Numbered from the whole stretch's first letter, positions 13,197 to 26,182 are shown. The stretch: 63,983 bases of DNA, filler included, from Neoconidiobolus thromboides FSU 785 (GCA_025603075.1; 12 parts of 12 records of this genome joined end to end with filler, not necessarily neighbours in it), one strand, 5' to 3'. The notes: generated by a model not told the origin, from the letters alone. Translations and numbers: made by a program.

Positions 13197-13411
13197 ATAC
13201 TTATCCCAAAAAAAAGATTAACTGAAAGTTAGATTATAGATAAAAAGTACATCCTTACATATGTATGATAACTTTATAATTGATGCATACTTATACCATA
13301 TGCTTCGTTAATACATATTATTTTAAAATAGATAATGATGTAATGGCATAAAAAATACAAATGATAAATTCAATATTAGGACTCAAGTTTATTTTAAATA
13401 ATTCAAGATAT

Positions 13412-13506
13412 GGGGATGTATTTTTGTATTTAAGAATTTTACTAACAATTTTTCACCCAAATAGTGCTTAAAGATAGAAAAATAATGAAGTCAAAAAAAC
13501 ATCCCC
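13412..13506 (+). mobile_element. MITE family A copy
   Basis: TSD ATAT/ATAT. Confidence 0.9.
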
Positions 13507-13905
13507 ATATACTCTTTTATAAGATCCTTTAAAAGCATGTAAGGTGTTAATAATAAAAATAAAAATTGTTATAAAGACAAAAAAACATGTATGAAAAGAT
13601 AAAATAGCAACATTTGGGTGTTATTGTTATATACTTCATACCTTATACTTACTTGATAAAGACATTAATACTTTCAAATATATTCCATTATGTAGTTACC
13701 AAATAAATTAAAGTAACAAAATAATAATAAAGTTAATGGTATAGTAGCTTTCATACTCCCAAATACTTTTTGCGCAAATATATAATAATTAAATTAGTAT
13801 ATATTTACATGACTCTATTTAAAAATGTTAAAGAAAAAGGGTCAAAGTTAAATGAGCCATTATAAACCATTGTGAATTTAAAAACGTATATCAAAATCAA
13901 CTTAT

Positions 13906-14002
13906 GAGGATGTTTTTTTGATTTCATCACTTTTTCTATTTTTTTAAGCGTTGTTAAGCGGAAAATTCATCAGTAAAATCCTTAAACAAAAAACACATCC
14001 CC
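13906..14002 (-). mobile_element. MITE family A copy
   Basis: TSD TTAT/TTAT. Confidence 0.88.
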
Positions 14003-14299
14003 TTATGTTAGCTGTATTTTCTTGATTCGATATCTAGAAAGCACCGACTTAATGTTGTTTGCAAATTGTAGGATTAATTAGGCATTAAATATCATTTAAA
14101 TTTAAAAATCACCACCTTTAAAACAAAAGTCATAGTTTTATTTGAATATATAAGTATAGTAGTTAACATGTAAACATTCAGTTTTTAGCCTTTTTTTAAA
14201 TATCCTTAAAAATAAAGTTAATTTCATTTAAATTATCTCATATGAGTAATTAAATGCTATTTGAATTAATAGCTACACTCAACATTTTATTTAGGTGGG

Positions 14300-14720
14300 T
14301 ATCTATTTTTAATTTCATAGACGATTTCTCTGGGTGGCTATTGACAAGTAGTTTATGTTTTAATTTCAGTTTTAGTTTCGGTAATAGTAACGTTAGGGGA
14401 GCCATAAGTTTCAATTTTGGCTTCGGTAGAAGTAAGACTAGGAAGCAGTATTAGTTTCAACGTCAGTTTCATCCTTGTTAATGAGTCCACTTACAATATT
14501 TTAAATCTCTTGCGGCTTTTTCTAAGATAAGAGTATATGCTTGTAGGGGATATTACAATGGCTTTTACTGTAATTTCAACTCCGATTCCGACTTCGCTTG
14601 ATTAATTAATCGAATAGTCAGGGTCAGACTAGAGTGGTTTCTCGGTTACAGTTTGACTTGATGTAATTTTAACTGCTGATTTCGGTGATCATGGTTATGG
14701 TAATTAGCTGCTGACATAAA
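14300..14720 (-). pseudogene. Possible decayed Ser/Thr-rich protein relic
   Basis: Higher-GC island; broken frames give TSTEAKIETYGSPNVTITETKTEIKT* and SAVKITSSQTVTEKP. Confidence 0.25.
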
Positions 14721-15648
14721 TTAGCTTATGTTCAAAATAGAGATTAAAATAATTTATTTTAGGATAGATCTAACGATGGTAGTCAATAACAAATGCTGAA
14801 TGTTTTTATATGAAATGAAAGTAAAGCGATCACTATTTTTACACTTTGGACTATTACAAATCTAAGTCAAGCGAAATTTTCATTTCTTGCTTTACTATTT
14901 TAATCAATAGTAATACAATATTACTGATAAATTAATTTATAGTTTATTAGAAACATCAAGTTTTCAATTTATTAAAAACAAAGAAACAAAAAAATTAAAA
15001 TAAAAGCTACTACTTTGTAGCTTATCAATCAAATATATATTCCGATTTCAAAAATAAATAATATATTATGTAAATTGTTTTATTTGGTTTGGTTTAAAGG
15101 AAGCAAGAAGTCATCATATTTAAAGAGACAAAAAGTCGATATTTTTATATATAAAATTAATACTAAATAGCTTTATAAGAAGATTTTTTATTTATTTGAA
15201 AAAGTAAAGCAAAATAAACAGAAATTAAATATATGTATTAGCTATAATAAAAATCAAATTAAATATTATTTATTAAATCTATTTGACGTACCTAATTAAA
15301 AGTTTTAGTATGATTAAATTAGACCAGTACACACAACTTCATAAAAGCAGGTATTTATATTTTGAGAGTTCGATAAAGCTTTAATTTAATAATATGATAT
15401 GATAAAAAAGGCTTTGAAGTATATGTCAACATTTTTCAAATTAAAAATTACTATTAAAACATTTAAATATTAAATTTTTCAATAACTGGTTAAAAATTAG
15501 TAATATAAAACTTAAAACGAATAAAATATAAGTTATTTTAAATTATATTTATGTTTTATAACTATCTTTGCTCTTTTACCAAATCATGTTACCTTGAAAG
15601 TGTTTATATAAAGTATAAGGACCCTATGATTTATCCAAAGTTTCATAT

Positions 15649-15745
15649 GAGGGGATGTATTTTTGTGTTTAAGAATTTTACTAACAAATTTTCCGCTTAA
15701 ATAGCGCTTAAAAAATGAAAAAAATAATGAAGTCAAAACACTCCC
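15649..15745 (+). mobile_element. MITE family A copy
   Basis: TSD ATAT/ATAT. Confidence 0.88.
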
Positions 15746-16025
15746 ATATAATGATAAATTATTTGATGACTCATAAAGCCTTTATAGTCTATAATTAAAA
15801 AACATAGTGTTGGTGTTATCAAATATTTGTACAATTTCTAAAAAAACATGGCCATATCGCATGGTATTTTGCTCTTAAATATTTAATAAATAAACTATGG
15901 ATTAATTATAAATATTTACTGTTTATAAACATTTCAATATCTCATATTTTTAATTAAAGACTTGAGTTTTTAAATCATAATTTAATTAATAGTATACCTA
16001 GTTATTTTAGTAGATTATAATATAT

Positions 16026-16119
16026 GGGACTATTTTTTTGTTTCATTATTCTTCTATTTTTTAAGCGATATTTGAGTAGAAAGATGTAGTAAAATTCCTA
16101 AACACAAAAATTCATCCTC
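16026..16119 (-). mobile_element. MITE family A copy
   Basis: TSD ATAT/ATAT. Confidence 0.85.
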
Positions 16120-16417
16120 ATATATAATCTATAATTATTATAAAGGATTTTTAAAAGGCAGTAGGAGTAATAAATCAGATATCGAGAATCTACTAGTTTA
16201 TAATTGATTTGAAATAGTATTGTTATATGACAAATATTACTATTATCCATACAAACGCTTTATAATAGAATTCTACTTGTTCAATTACAATACATTTTTT
16301 AATTATTATATACTTGATACCCAATAAAAAAGCCTATTCTTTTATACATTGCATTTTAAAATTAGAATTTTTTCTTAATTTTTTAAAAATTATTCCAATA
16401 TAAATAGACGATATACG

Positions 16418-17260
16418 ATGATATACGCTTTTAATAAACCCGGGAAACTAAAACTATATGGACCTATGGATTATTTGATTGATTTTATGGAGTTAAATAG
16501 TTTACTTTTAGGAAGTTTTCAAGATATTGATAATAACACTCTAGCTCGAAGTTTAGGTGCATTTTTTATTAAAAATTCTATTGAGATTATAAGTTATGAG
16601 GACGCACAAGAAAGGCAAAAAGGTTATGAAGGTTATCATATTACTTGCGATGACTCTATTACAGAAGGTAAAAGTGGTATGTTTCGACCATTCATACATA
16701 ATGATAAAAAATATCATCTTGAAAAAGATTTCGAAAGCGAAACTTTAATAACAGATTTTCCTGGGCTTTTAAGGTATACAAATCATTTCTATCATACTAA
16801 TGTAACAAAGTTAGTTAAATCTAAACGTGGTTTAAAATACCCTAAGATATGTTATACCTATAATGAAGAAATTAGTATAAGAGAAATTCAAGAAAAAATT
16901 GGATGGAATTTATTTTGTAATGTTTTAAATTTAGATTTAGATTTTAGGAGTTTGAGGACCAAAAGCTCGTTAGAATTATTATTCTTGTCAATATCTGAAA
17001 ACTTTATTGCTGTTAAAATCGAAAATAGAGCTCATTCAATTGATCCTTTTATTAGTACAAATATTAAATTAGTTGATAAGAAGATAGTTGAAGTTGGTTT
17101 TGGTGAGGATTGCGAATTTGAATATTCACCAGAATTATTTCGACTTAAAAGTAAAGTTTTTCCTGTTGTAATTTATCACGCTCATTCGTACCTTGTTTTA
17201 AGTTCTGTAGCAAAGAATATAAATACCTATTTAATTTCATCCATGTCTAACATACATTAA
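16418..17260 (+). CDS. Hypothetical protein with C-terminal degenerate WRN/EXD2-like (DEDDy) 3'-5' exonuclease domain
   Basis: ICYTYNEE...VLNLDLDF...SSLELLFLS...LVDKKIVEVGFGED has the same order and spacing as the EXD2/WRN ExoI and ExoII regions; no ExoIII motif. Confidence 0.55.
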   Translation: MIYAFNKPGKLKLYGPMDYLIDFMELNSLLLGSFQDIDNNTLARSLGAFFIKNSIEIISYEDAQERQKGYEGYHITCDDSITEGKSGMFRPFIHNDKKYHLEKDFESETLITDFPGLLRYTNHFYHTNVTKLVKSKRGLKYPKICYTYNEEISIREIQEKIGWNLFCNVLNLDLDFRSLRTKSSLELLFLSISENFIAVKIENRAHSIDPFISTNIKLVDKKIVEVGFGEDCEFEYSPELFRLKSKVFPVVIYHAHSYLVLSSVAKNINTYLISSMSNIH

Positions 17261-17599
17261 TAAGTAGTATATATATTTACAAAAGTGTCAGGTCTATGGT
17301 TGTAATAGTAAATAATTAAACTAAAATGGTTACACTATTTAAAAAAATAGAAAACGTCATCATTGTTGATGTATTAAAAATCGAAGTTATAGAAATTTGT
17401 AATATTCGCAGTTGATTTATAAATATTAAAAAGTACTTAGGGCACTCTCTTTTAGAGGAGAGAAATGTCATTTTAACATTTTTTGTTGATGCTATTTTAA
17501 TATTAGTAAAAAAATCCTAAATATTTTTAATCATAACAGTCTTGATAAAATAAATATTTTGCAAATTCCAGAAAAAAATCAAGTAAATTTTACAGTTTC

Positions 17600-17935
17600 T
17601 AGAAGTTCCAAGTTTTAAAATAAACTAATTTATAATCACTCTTAAAAGCTTTATATTTTAGAAACTTTGCTTGAAATCTATAAAAATAAACTTTTATTGA
17701 AAAAAAATCTCATACAGTTTTAGCTCATTTTATTATAATATATGGGGTTGTCTCAATTAGTTTCATTATCTTATCTAATTTTTAAAAATTTTGTATTTAA
17801 AAACTTTGCTTAAAACTCTACAAAAACAATTTTTTTATTAAAAGTACCTGGGCACAGTTCTAAGTCATTATATGGGGTTGTCCGAATTGGTTTCAAAATT
17901 TACCTAGAATTTAATCCAAATCTGTGTCTAATGTG
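17600..17935 (+). mobile_element. Tandem family-B terminal units (GGGG termini at 17744 and 17874; degenerate unit upstream)
   Basis: ATAT|GGGGTTGTC...; the ~126-bp unit matches 31649-31754, 28098-28204 (reverse) and 52692-52826. Confidence 0.65.
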
Positions 17936-18010
17936 ACAGTTAAATCTAAAAAGCCTAAATTAAATCTCTTTATTTAAAACTTGTTTTAATTGTTTTCTTT
18001 TCTTAAATAG

Positions 18011-18473
18011 TGTGAAATCTGGTACTCAGGGTTTGGAGTCAAGGACAGGTATTGCTGGGTTGACTACACTATAAGTCGAAAAGTCTTAGTTTATGTGACT
18101 AAGATAGACTTGGATTATAAGGAATAGCATGTAATAGGTTACAAGCTATATAAGACAAATAGAATAGATAATACTAATGTAAAATCTATGTAAAATACTA
18201 TTAAGAAAACTTAGTGGGTTTATTAAATGTTCGAGATATCAGGAAATAATTAAGTTAAAAAGCCTCAAGCTACTATGCTTTAGAATCTCTTTTATACTCT
18301 GAAAAGTATAAATATCAAAATGAGAGGATAATATTCTTTGGGATGGAGTTAGAATTCTCATAGCAAATCAAACTAAGAACGTGGGATTGATTTCTTCTGA
18401 ACTCGAGAACACAACAACTTAGGCGATTGTTATGCTATAATTAAGCATGGGACTGACAAAGTGATATTTTACA
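18011..18473 (+). mobile_element. Solo-LTR-like repeat, full length (463 bp)
   Basis: TGTGAAA...TTTTACA ends; colinear with 2-467 (reverse); flanks AATAG/AGGGT are not a TSD. Confidence 0.7.
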
Positions 18474-18555
18474 AGGGTTAGGGATAGGGATAGGGATAGG
18501 GATAGGGATAGGGATAGGGATAGGGATAGGGATAGGGATAGGGATAGGGATAGGG
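18474..18555 (+). repeat. Telomere-like hexamer tandem repeat (GGGATA)n, first unit TTAGGG, running into the gap
   Basis: About 12.5 perfect GGGATA units preceded by AGGGTTA. Confidence 0.9.
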
Positions 18556-18655
18556 NNNNNNNNNNNNNNNNNNNNNNNNNNNNNNNNNNNNNNNNNNNNT
18601 TAATTAATTAANNNNNNNNNNNNNNNNNNNNNNNNNNNNNNNNNNNNNNNNNNNN
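18556..18655. other. Artificial assembly spacer N44-TTAATTAATTAA-N44 (also at 27998, 31755, 42789, 49733, 53684, 55547, 58247, 59654, 61121, 62632)
   Basis: Identical 100-bp structure 11 times; linker has stops in all frames. Confidence 0.97.
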
Positions 18656-19905
18656 TCAATTATTAATTGAGCAAAGTAGGTTTTATTCCAACAATGATAC
18701 TAAAGATAAAGATACAACTACACTTTGGTGGATACCCTTATTATTAAACCAAACAAACTCAATTGAAGTATTAAATGAGAAACAAATGATTTTAGATATC
18801 CAATTAGATCAATTTATTAAGTTTAATATTAATTCTATTGGTGTTTACAGAGTATGTTATGATGAGCAATGTTTGTTAGATTTAGGCAAACAAATTGAAT
18901 CTGGAAATTCTTTAACAGATTCAGATAAAATAGGTTTATTATCTGATGTTTACCATACAGCTATTTCTGGACATTCAAGTATTACATTTTATTTAAATTT
19001 CATATTTAAATTCAAAAATGAAAAGAATCCATTGTAAGTGTTTATTATTATTTTATTCTTATTAATATAGATTAATCTATTTTTGTTAATAATATAGAGT
19101 ATTAGAACAAGTAGCTATTAGTTTAAATAATATATCTTCTTTATTTTATAAATCTTCAGTTGAGGTACAGAATGGTTTAAATAAATTAATTGCTTCTATA
19201 TTCCAACCATGGGCTGAAAAACTTGGTTTTAATAGCGAACCCTCTGAAAATCCCTTGTTATCCACATTAAGAGTCACTGCCATTTCCAATTTTTCTAAAT
19301 CTGCTAACAAAGAATACATTGATTCTCTTTTAACTTTATATCATCAACTCATACAAAATCAAAATCCCAGTGTAGCTAAAGATTTAAAACCATTATTATT
19401 AAAAATAGCTATCCGGTTTGGGGATGAGAAAGAGTATCAAGAAATTCGAACTAAGTTTGAAATTGAAAAAACAATGGATCAAAAATTAAAAGCATTAGTT
19501 GCTTTAGGTTCTACAAGCAATAAAAATTTGATTCAAACAAGTTTAAACTACTCAATTTGTAATGCAGTGCGTCCACAAGACACATTAACTTTAATATCAG
19601 CATTAGCAATTAATTCTAAGGCACGTGAAGATACTTGGAAATTTGTGAAACAAAACTGGAATTTATTTGAAGCTAGATACAAACAAAATGTATCCACTTT
19701 AGGTAATATCATTAAATCAACTGCTGGATTATTGACGAGTAAAGAAGAATTGAAGGATATTGAAAAGTTCTTTGAAGGAAGAGATATTAGTGCTTACAAA
19801 ATGGCACTTAATAATACCATAGAACAAGTAAAGATTAATTCTACTTTTGTAACTAAGGCTAATAAGGATTTGGAAATTTGGTTAAAGGAAAATGGATTTC
19901 AATGA
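18656..19905 (+). CDS. M1 (puromycin-sensitive/Ape2-like) aminopeptidase, 3' portion with ERAP1-like C-terminal domain
   Basis: TLWWIPL, KFNINSIGVYRVCY, VRPQD and AREDTWKFVKQNW motifs; catalytic N-terminus missing at the gap. Confidence 0.88.
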
Positions 19906-20078
19906 TTTATTGATTAAAAGATTTATCAAATATTAAAATATCAATTTTACTTTTGCATTTTATTAATTTTATTACAAATAATATAAAAATCTAAATAAAA
20001 AAAGATTTTATTTTTATTGATAAAAGTAACATAAAATATCATTTATAATAACCAACTCCTTTAAACTTTGATTTATAT

Positions 20079-23000
20079 TTAAAGAACCATTAATCGTGGT
20101 GCAATATTCATAGCCATAAGTTCTTGGAAAAGAAGCTTACATGCATATGGAAGATAAATTTGAGATACCTAAAATAATAAGTAATAAATAAAAATATTTG
20201 ATATTTTGGATTTTAAATCTTACCTGAGTACGGTTACGACATGATTTACATTCAAATGAATTTTTAGTTAAATTAGCAATGATCATTAAACCACATAAAT
20301 CACAAACATGTACTCTATAAGCATCTGAAGAATCAAACAAACGTTCCTAAAAAAAGTCATTAAGTTGTATTTTGACAAAAAAACAAGATCTTTACCTTAA
20401 GGAAATTAGCTGCCCCATGTGAAATCATACAATCACGTTCCATCTCACCAAAACGTAAACCACCATCTCTTGATCGACCTTCTACTGGTTGACGTGTTAA
20501 AATTTGTACAGGTCCACGAGCACGTGAATGAATTTTATCATCCACCATATGTTTAAGACGCTGATAATAAGTGGGTCCAAGATAAACTTGAGCTGTTAAT
20601 TTTTGACCTGTCATACCACTATACATAACTTCAAATCCACGTTTTTGATATCCATGAGCTTCTAATGTTTTAGATATACCTTCTACTGTAACTTCTGTAA
20701 AAGGGGTAGCATCTCCTTCACTACCACTTAAAGTAGCTACTTTACCCATTAAACATTCTACCATATGACCAATGGTCATACGAGATGGAATAGCATGTGG
20801 ATTAATAATTAAATCGGGCACAATACCTTCACGTGAAAAAGGCATATCTTCATGACGATAAGTAATACCAATGGTACCTTTTTGTCCATGTCGAGAAGCA
20901 AATTTATCACCAATTTGAGGTACTCTAGTAGAACGTACCCTAACTTTAGAAAATCTCATACCTTCTGCATTAACCGAAAGCATAACTCGATCAACAATAC
21001 CATTTTCAGTGCTTTTAAGTGGAGTACTTGCATCTCTCTTTGTATGGGTTTGTGTACGTTGCCCAAGTTCTTCACTATCTGGGGGTACTGGACAGGTTTT
21101 TCCAATAATGATATCACTGCCAACTACTCTAGTACCAGGTGCAATCAAACCATCATCTTCTAATTTTTCATAAGTACCGTGTTTTAAACGTAAAGTATTA
21201 TCTCTAGATGGTTTTTCAAAGGACTCTGTGTCAAACAAACCTTGTTTCTTTTCTTGATCCATATAAGTACGGAAATAAAGTGAACGGAACAAACCACGAT
21301 CAATAGAACTTTGATTCATAATAACAGAATCTTCTTGATTATAACCTGAATAACATAAAATGGCTACAATAGCATTCTGTCCAGCTGGAAGTTCTCTAAA
21401 TCGTAAATATTCCATACCACGAGTAGCTACCAATGGTTTTTGTGGATAATAAAGGATATTAGCAAGTGTATCCATTCTAAGCTGATAATTTGTAAGGTAA
21501 ACTCCCATAGCTTGTTTACCCATAGCAGATTGATAAGTATTACGTGGCGATTGATTATGATCTGGGAAAGGTACAATAGTAGCACAAATACCTAAAATCA
21601 TGGATGGATGAACTTCGCAATGAGTCCAATGATGTGAATAATATTTTTGACTAGATTTAACGGTAGCTGTCATATCCTTTGGCTCTTGATCTTTACCATC
21701 ATCCCCTTCATCATCTGAAACAGGCTCTGGACCTGGACCAAATTTTTGATAATGATCATCAACATCAAGTAAATCTTCAAGTGTCATTGAAATAAGAGCA
21801 GATTCTTCTTCTTCAGCATCAATAAACTCCATTAGACCACTTTTTACATAATGACTAAAACCGAACACTTCATCTGGGAATAAGGGTGTACCCATCTTAC
21901 CTAAATATTCAATATGCCTTTTCTTTACTAATAATTGATTATGACGAACAATAAATAATGGTCGAGTTACGCGACCTGAATCAGTATATAACCTTATCTC
22001 TTGTTCACGGATATCCCAAACAATACCAATTTCTGGTGCTAAATCGTAATGCCTTCTCAATCTCCTAAGGTTATAAACAAGCTGTAAAGGTGTATGAATT
22101 ACACCAACAATAGCACCATCTAAAAATACTCTAGTTGGTTGATAAACCATAGCATCTCTTTGACCATCTGCTTTGTATCCTGGAACAGATTCTGGATTTG
22201 GTACTAATTTAGGCCCATGTTCTTTTTCTCTTTTAGCATCTTCCATATATTCTTTAAGGAATCGTTTAATTGAAACATCATTAGTACCAACAGTAACATA
22301 AGCCATTAGTGATAAATTTTTAACTAAACCACAAGCTTGTCCTTCTGGTGTTTCTGCAGGACAAACCATACCCCAATGAGTATTATGTAATTGACGGGGT
22401 TTAGCAATCTTCCCATCTCTCCCAATTGGTGTATTACAACGCCTTAAATGAGAAAGTGTTGATGCAAAAGTATATCTATTAAGAACCTGTGAGACACCTG
22501 CTTTTGAAGACATTGCTTTTTGTTGATCACCCCAATTACCTGTAGCTAAAGAGTATTTAAGGCCATTAGTAAGGATAGTGGATTTAATAGCAAGACTAAT
22601 GTTAAAATTTTTTGTTTTATTATCAATACATTTTTGTATGTATCTTGTGACATCTTTAGTAAATTTTAAAAATAGCATTTTAAATAAATTAGCTAATAAT
22701 GGACCTGCCATATCCATTCTTTTTCTACCATAATGATCACGATCATCAAGTTCTCTTCTTTCTAAGCAAGCTGAAAGTAAACGATGCAACATATATCCAA
22801 GGAATTGTGCTTTTTTGAAATTAGCTTCCCCCATAGAAGATACATGTGGAAATACTTCTGTATTAAGGATGTTTCTACAATAAGATATAGTCTTTGGTGA
22901 ACTCTTTTCTTCAGAGCTACCACGTCTACCAATATATAATAATGCAAGTGATTCATCTTCAATATCAATTGCTTCTTCAAGGCAAGGTTTAATTAAATCC

Positions 23001-24181
23001 ATCATAGCTTCATCATTATAATCTGGACATATGAGATCAATAATATCTTTATCACTTCCAATTCCTAATGCACGGAAAAGAACAATGACCGGAATATCTG
23101 ATTTAATATAAGGAATAGTTACATGTATAGGTTGACCACTTGATTCTTTATCTTCACTACGTGCTAGCATTTTTAACATAATAGCACTAGGTTTCCTATT
23201 ACCTTCAACAGGGACAGAGCGAATTTCACAAGTAAAGGAATATTTGTTTGGCATTGCTTTTTTAAAGACATAAACTTCATTACCAGCCATTCTTTCCTGT
23301 GCAATAAGTACCTTTTCAGACCCATTGATAATAAAATAACCACCTTGATCATATTTACATTCTGATGTTTTATAAACTGCATCTTCAGGTACATTCTTTA
23401 AAATACAATAAGAAGAGCGAACCATTACTGGTACATTTCCCAAACGTACTCTAGTTATTTCTTCTTCGTCATCAATCATACCTTCCAACATTTTATAATC
23501 ATTGGGATTGGTAACGTCAATGTTGTCTTTATCTTGAGGATCAGCATAAGATACAGATTTTATTACATCTGCGAAAAGAGGAGCACAATAAGTCATATTC
23601 CTCAACCTAGCATCATGAGGTGTCATATCTAAATTACCACCATCTGCTTCTGTGGCAGTTGTTGGAGATAGAGAAATATTATTAAAAATGACCCTGAATC
23701 TTTTAAGCATATCCTTATCTGCTGATTTATTATGAGTAGTTGTTTGAAGGATAATTGGGGCTGAACCACATACAATATCCGGAATAATTTTATTAACAAA
23801 ATCATCAAAAGAATCCAATTGTTGTCGAACAAGACCTTTTTCTTCAAAAAAAGAAGTGATAATTCTCCATGCATCTTCTTGATCAATTTCTTTATCACCT
23901 TCGATAGGCAAAGATTCGGGTGGAAACTGAATCTCATAACCTGGATGAACTCCTGAATCATCATTTTCTTCAGGATTTAAACCGATAACATTAAAGATCC
24001 TTCCTTCATGCTCATAAAAGAGTTCATCACCTTCATCTTCTTCTAACTCCTCTAACTCTTCAATATCTTCGTTGTAAGTTTCTACCATTTCATCCATTCC
24101 TTCTTCTTCTCCAAAAGAATCATTTTCACCGAATGAGTCTTCGGCTTCATTATTTAAATAATCGTTCTCCGGGCTTGACAC
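20079..24181 (-). CDS. RPB2: RNA polymerase II second-largest subunit
   Basis: [22 protein letters not shown] and HNTHWG motifs; two 3' introns ending ...APRLMVL*; true first exon/ATG unresolved. Confidence 0.99.
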
Positions 24182-24655
24182 TAAAAGAACTTAGTTTTCA
24201 TTTTTTTTTATAAGCTGGATAGTTACTTTCTCCGTAAACTGCCTTTTAAAAAGAAAACGAAATAACCTAACTAATTATTGATTATTTTAAAGTTTTGCAT
24301 GGCTCACTTAGCAAAAACAGCAAATTAAATTGATTTTGGTAAAATGTCTGCGAATTGCTAAGCATTGGGCAAGAATTGAAAATTTCTTGTTAGCATGGGA
24401 TTTAGCTGTATAAAAAGTTTGATGACAATTTAATTGAAAGTTTATACTTTACATTAAAGTTTAATAAAGTATTATACATTTAATATATTAAGGATACAAA
24501 AACAAAATTTAGTTGTTATAGGTACTTGAATTTTTTGATTTTATTATACAATTAAGATTATAGTAAAGCTATATTTAATGTGACATCCGTGATTAAAAAA
24601 GGAGTATCTAGTTTTCAATTTTCTACTACTATTATTTTTGAATATTAGACTATAT

Positions 24656-24753
24656 GGGGATGTTTTTTTTGATTTCATTATTTTTTCATTTTTTAAGCGC
24701 TATTTGAGTAGAAAGGTTGTTAGTAAAATTCTTAAACACAAAAAAACACCCCC
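24656..24753 (-). mobile_element. MITE family A copy
   Basis: TSD ATAT/ATAT. Confidence 0.9.
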
Positions 24754-25099
24754 ATATGCTGTTTTAAATACTATATATGGTTGTATTTTTTTGATTTAGT
24801 TTGATTCAATTTTTCCTCTTTAATTTAATTTAATTTAATTTTATTTTATTTTTACTTTTAAATATATTTTTATATTATCTCTGCAAAAGAAAACTATACT
24901 CAGCTCATGTAGTTCTTTTAAAAGTAAAAAAAGATAAATGGTATATAAATTCAGTATTTTACATTTGTTAATTAATTATAGAATTATAAGAATCATATTA
25001 AAAAATGATATTATGTATTAAAATTACTCTTAATACTTGATTTAAAATGAGTATTTTATTTATATAAAGTTCTATGAATTAAAATAGGCAATAAATTAT

Positions 25100-25190
25100 G
25101 GGGATGTATTTTTTTAAGAATTTTACTAACAATTTCGGCTCAAATAGAGCTCAAAAGATGGAAGAAGTAATGAAACCAAAAAACATCCCC
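25100..25190 (+). mobile_element. MITE family A copy
   Basis: TSD TTAT/TTAT. Confidence 0.88.
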
Positions 25191-25611
25191 TTATGTTCTT
25201 ATGAGTCAAAAATTAAGAGATATTAATAGTTGTTTATTGACATGATTATATATTCAAGGCTTTGAATTATAAGTTTTTTTTATTAAAACTTATTTATATT
25301 AGTATTTATTTAGGGTTATCTTAAGGGTATTTAAGTTGATGTCTAATTGTATTAATACTATTCACCCGATGAAAGCTTTATAAAATTCCTTAATATATGA
25401 AAAATAGTTTTAATACTCATATGAGATATAATTATTAAAAAGCAGAGCAAATAAAAAATTAGATTGATAAATTCAAAATGGTCTTAATATGAAATGTGAC
25501 TATATAAAGTCTGTAAATATAAAAAACAAGATCAATGTAAAAAGTATAATAATTAAATACACTTATAACATGATAAAAAGTAACTAATAAATTATTATTA
25601 TAGTTACATAT

Positions 25612-25712
25612 GAGGATGTATTTCCTGTGTTTAAGAATTTTACTAACAATTTTTCCGCTTTAAATAGCGCTTAAAAAGTGGAAAAAATAATGAAGTTAAA
25701 AAAAACACTCCC
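25612..25712 (+). mobile_element. MITE family A copy
   Basis: TSD ATAT/ATGT. Confidence 0.88.
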
Positions 25713-25828
25713 ATGTATTAAAGCTGTAATTTAGACCTATTTATTGGCACAAGTAGCATAAAAATTAATTGTGACACGTAATCAAAGCTCAACTTTGGAA
25801 CAAAAGTATAGGAGTAATGAGAATATAT

Positions 25829-25927
25829 GGGGATGTATTTTTGTGTTTAAGAATTTTACTAATAATTTTTCCACTCAAATGATGCTTAAAAGATGGAAAA
25901 AGTAATGAAGCCAAAAAAAACACTCCC
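25829..25927 (+). mobile_element. MITE family A copy
   Basis: TSD ATAT/ATAT. Confidence 0.9.
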
Positions 25928-26182
25928 ATATAAAATAGTCTATAAAATTCACAACGTTTTATACAATTTGACAAATTGATATAAATAGTATAACTTAACA
26001 CAATCATCAAAAATGATTGTTGTATGCCAAGACATGTGATGTTTATTTTAGTACTACAGTGGCTCCCAACTGTAGAACTGAAAGACTTTACAATTCATGG
26101 TTTATGACCGCATATATGCCCGGATCCTGGCAAACTAAATAAGTATGGTATTATTAAGAATTTCTCAGAGGGTAATACATAT

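Noticed and set aside
18600-18611. Conserved TTAATTAATTAA motif
   Set aside because: Artificial linker centred in identical N spacers
18556-18785. Telomere repeat inside or adjacent to the aminopeptidase gene
   Set aside because: The two are on different contigs joined by an artificial spacer; adjacency is not established
20852-23964. Overlapping or antisense ORFs within RPB2 (and similar ones in HEM12, DRS1, RPL11, subtilisin, GH16, His-rich genes, SZT2 repeat)
   Set aside because: Shadow frames of real genes or low-complexity repeats with no independent motifs
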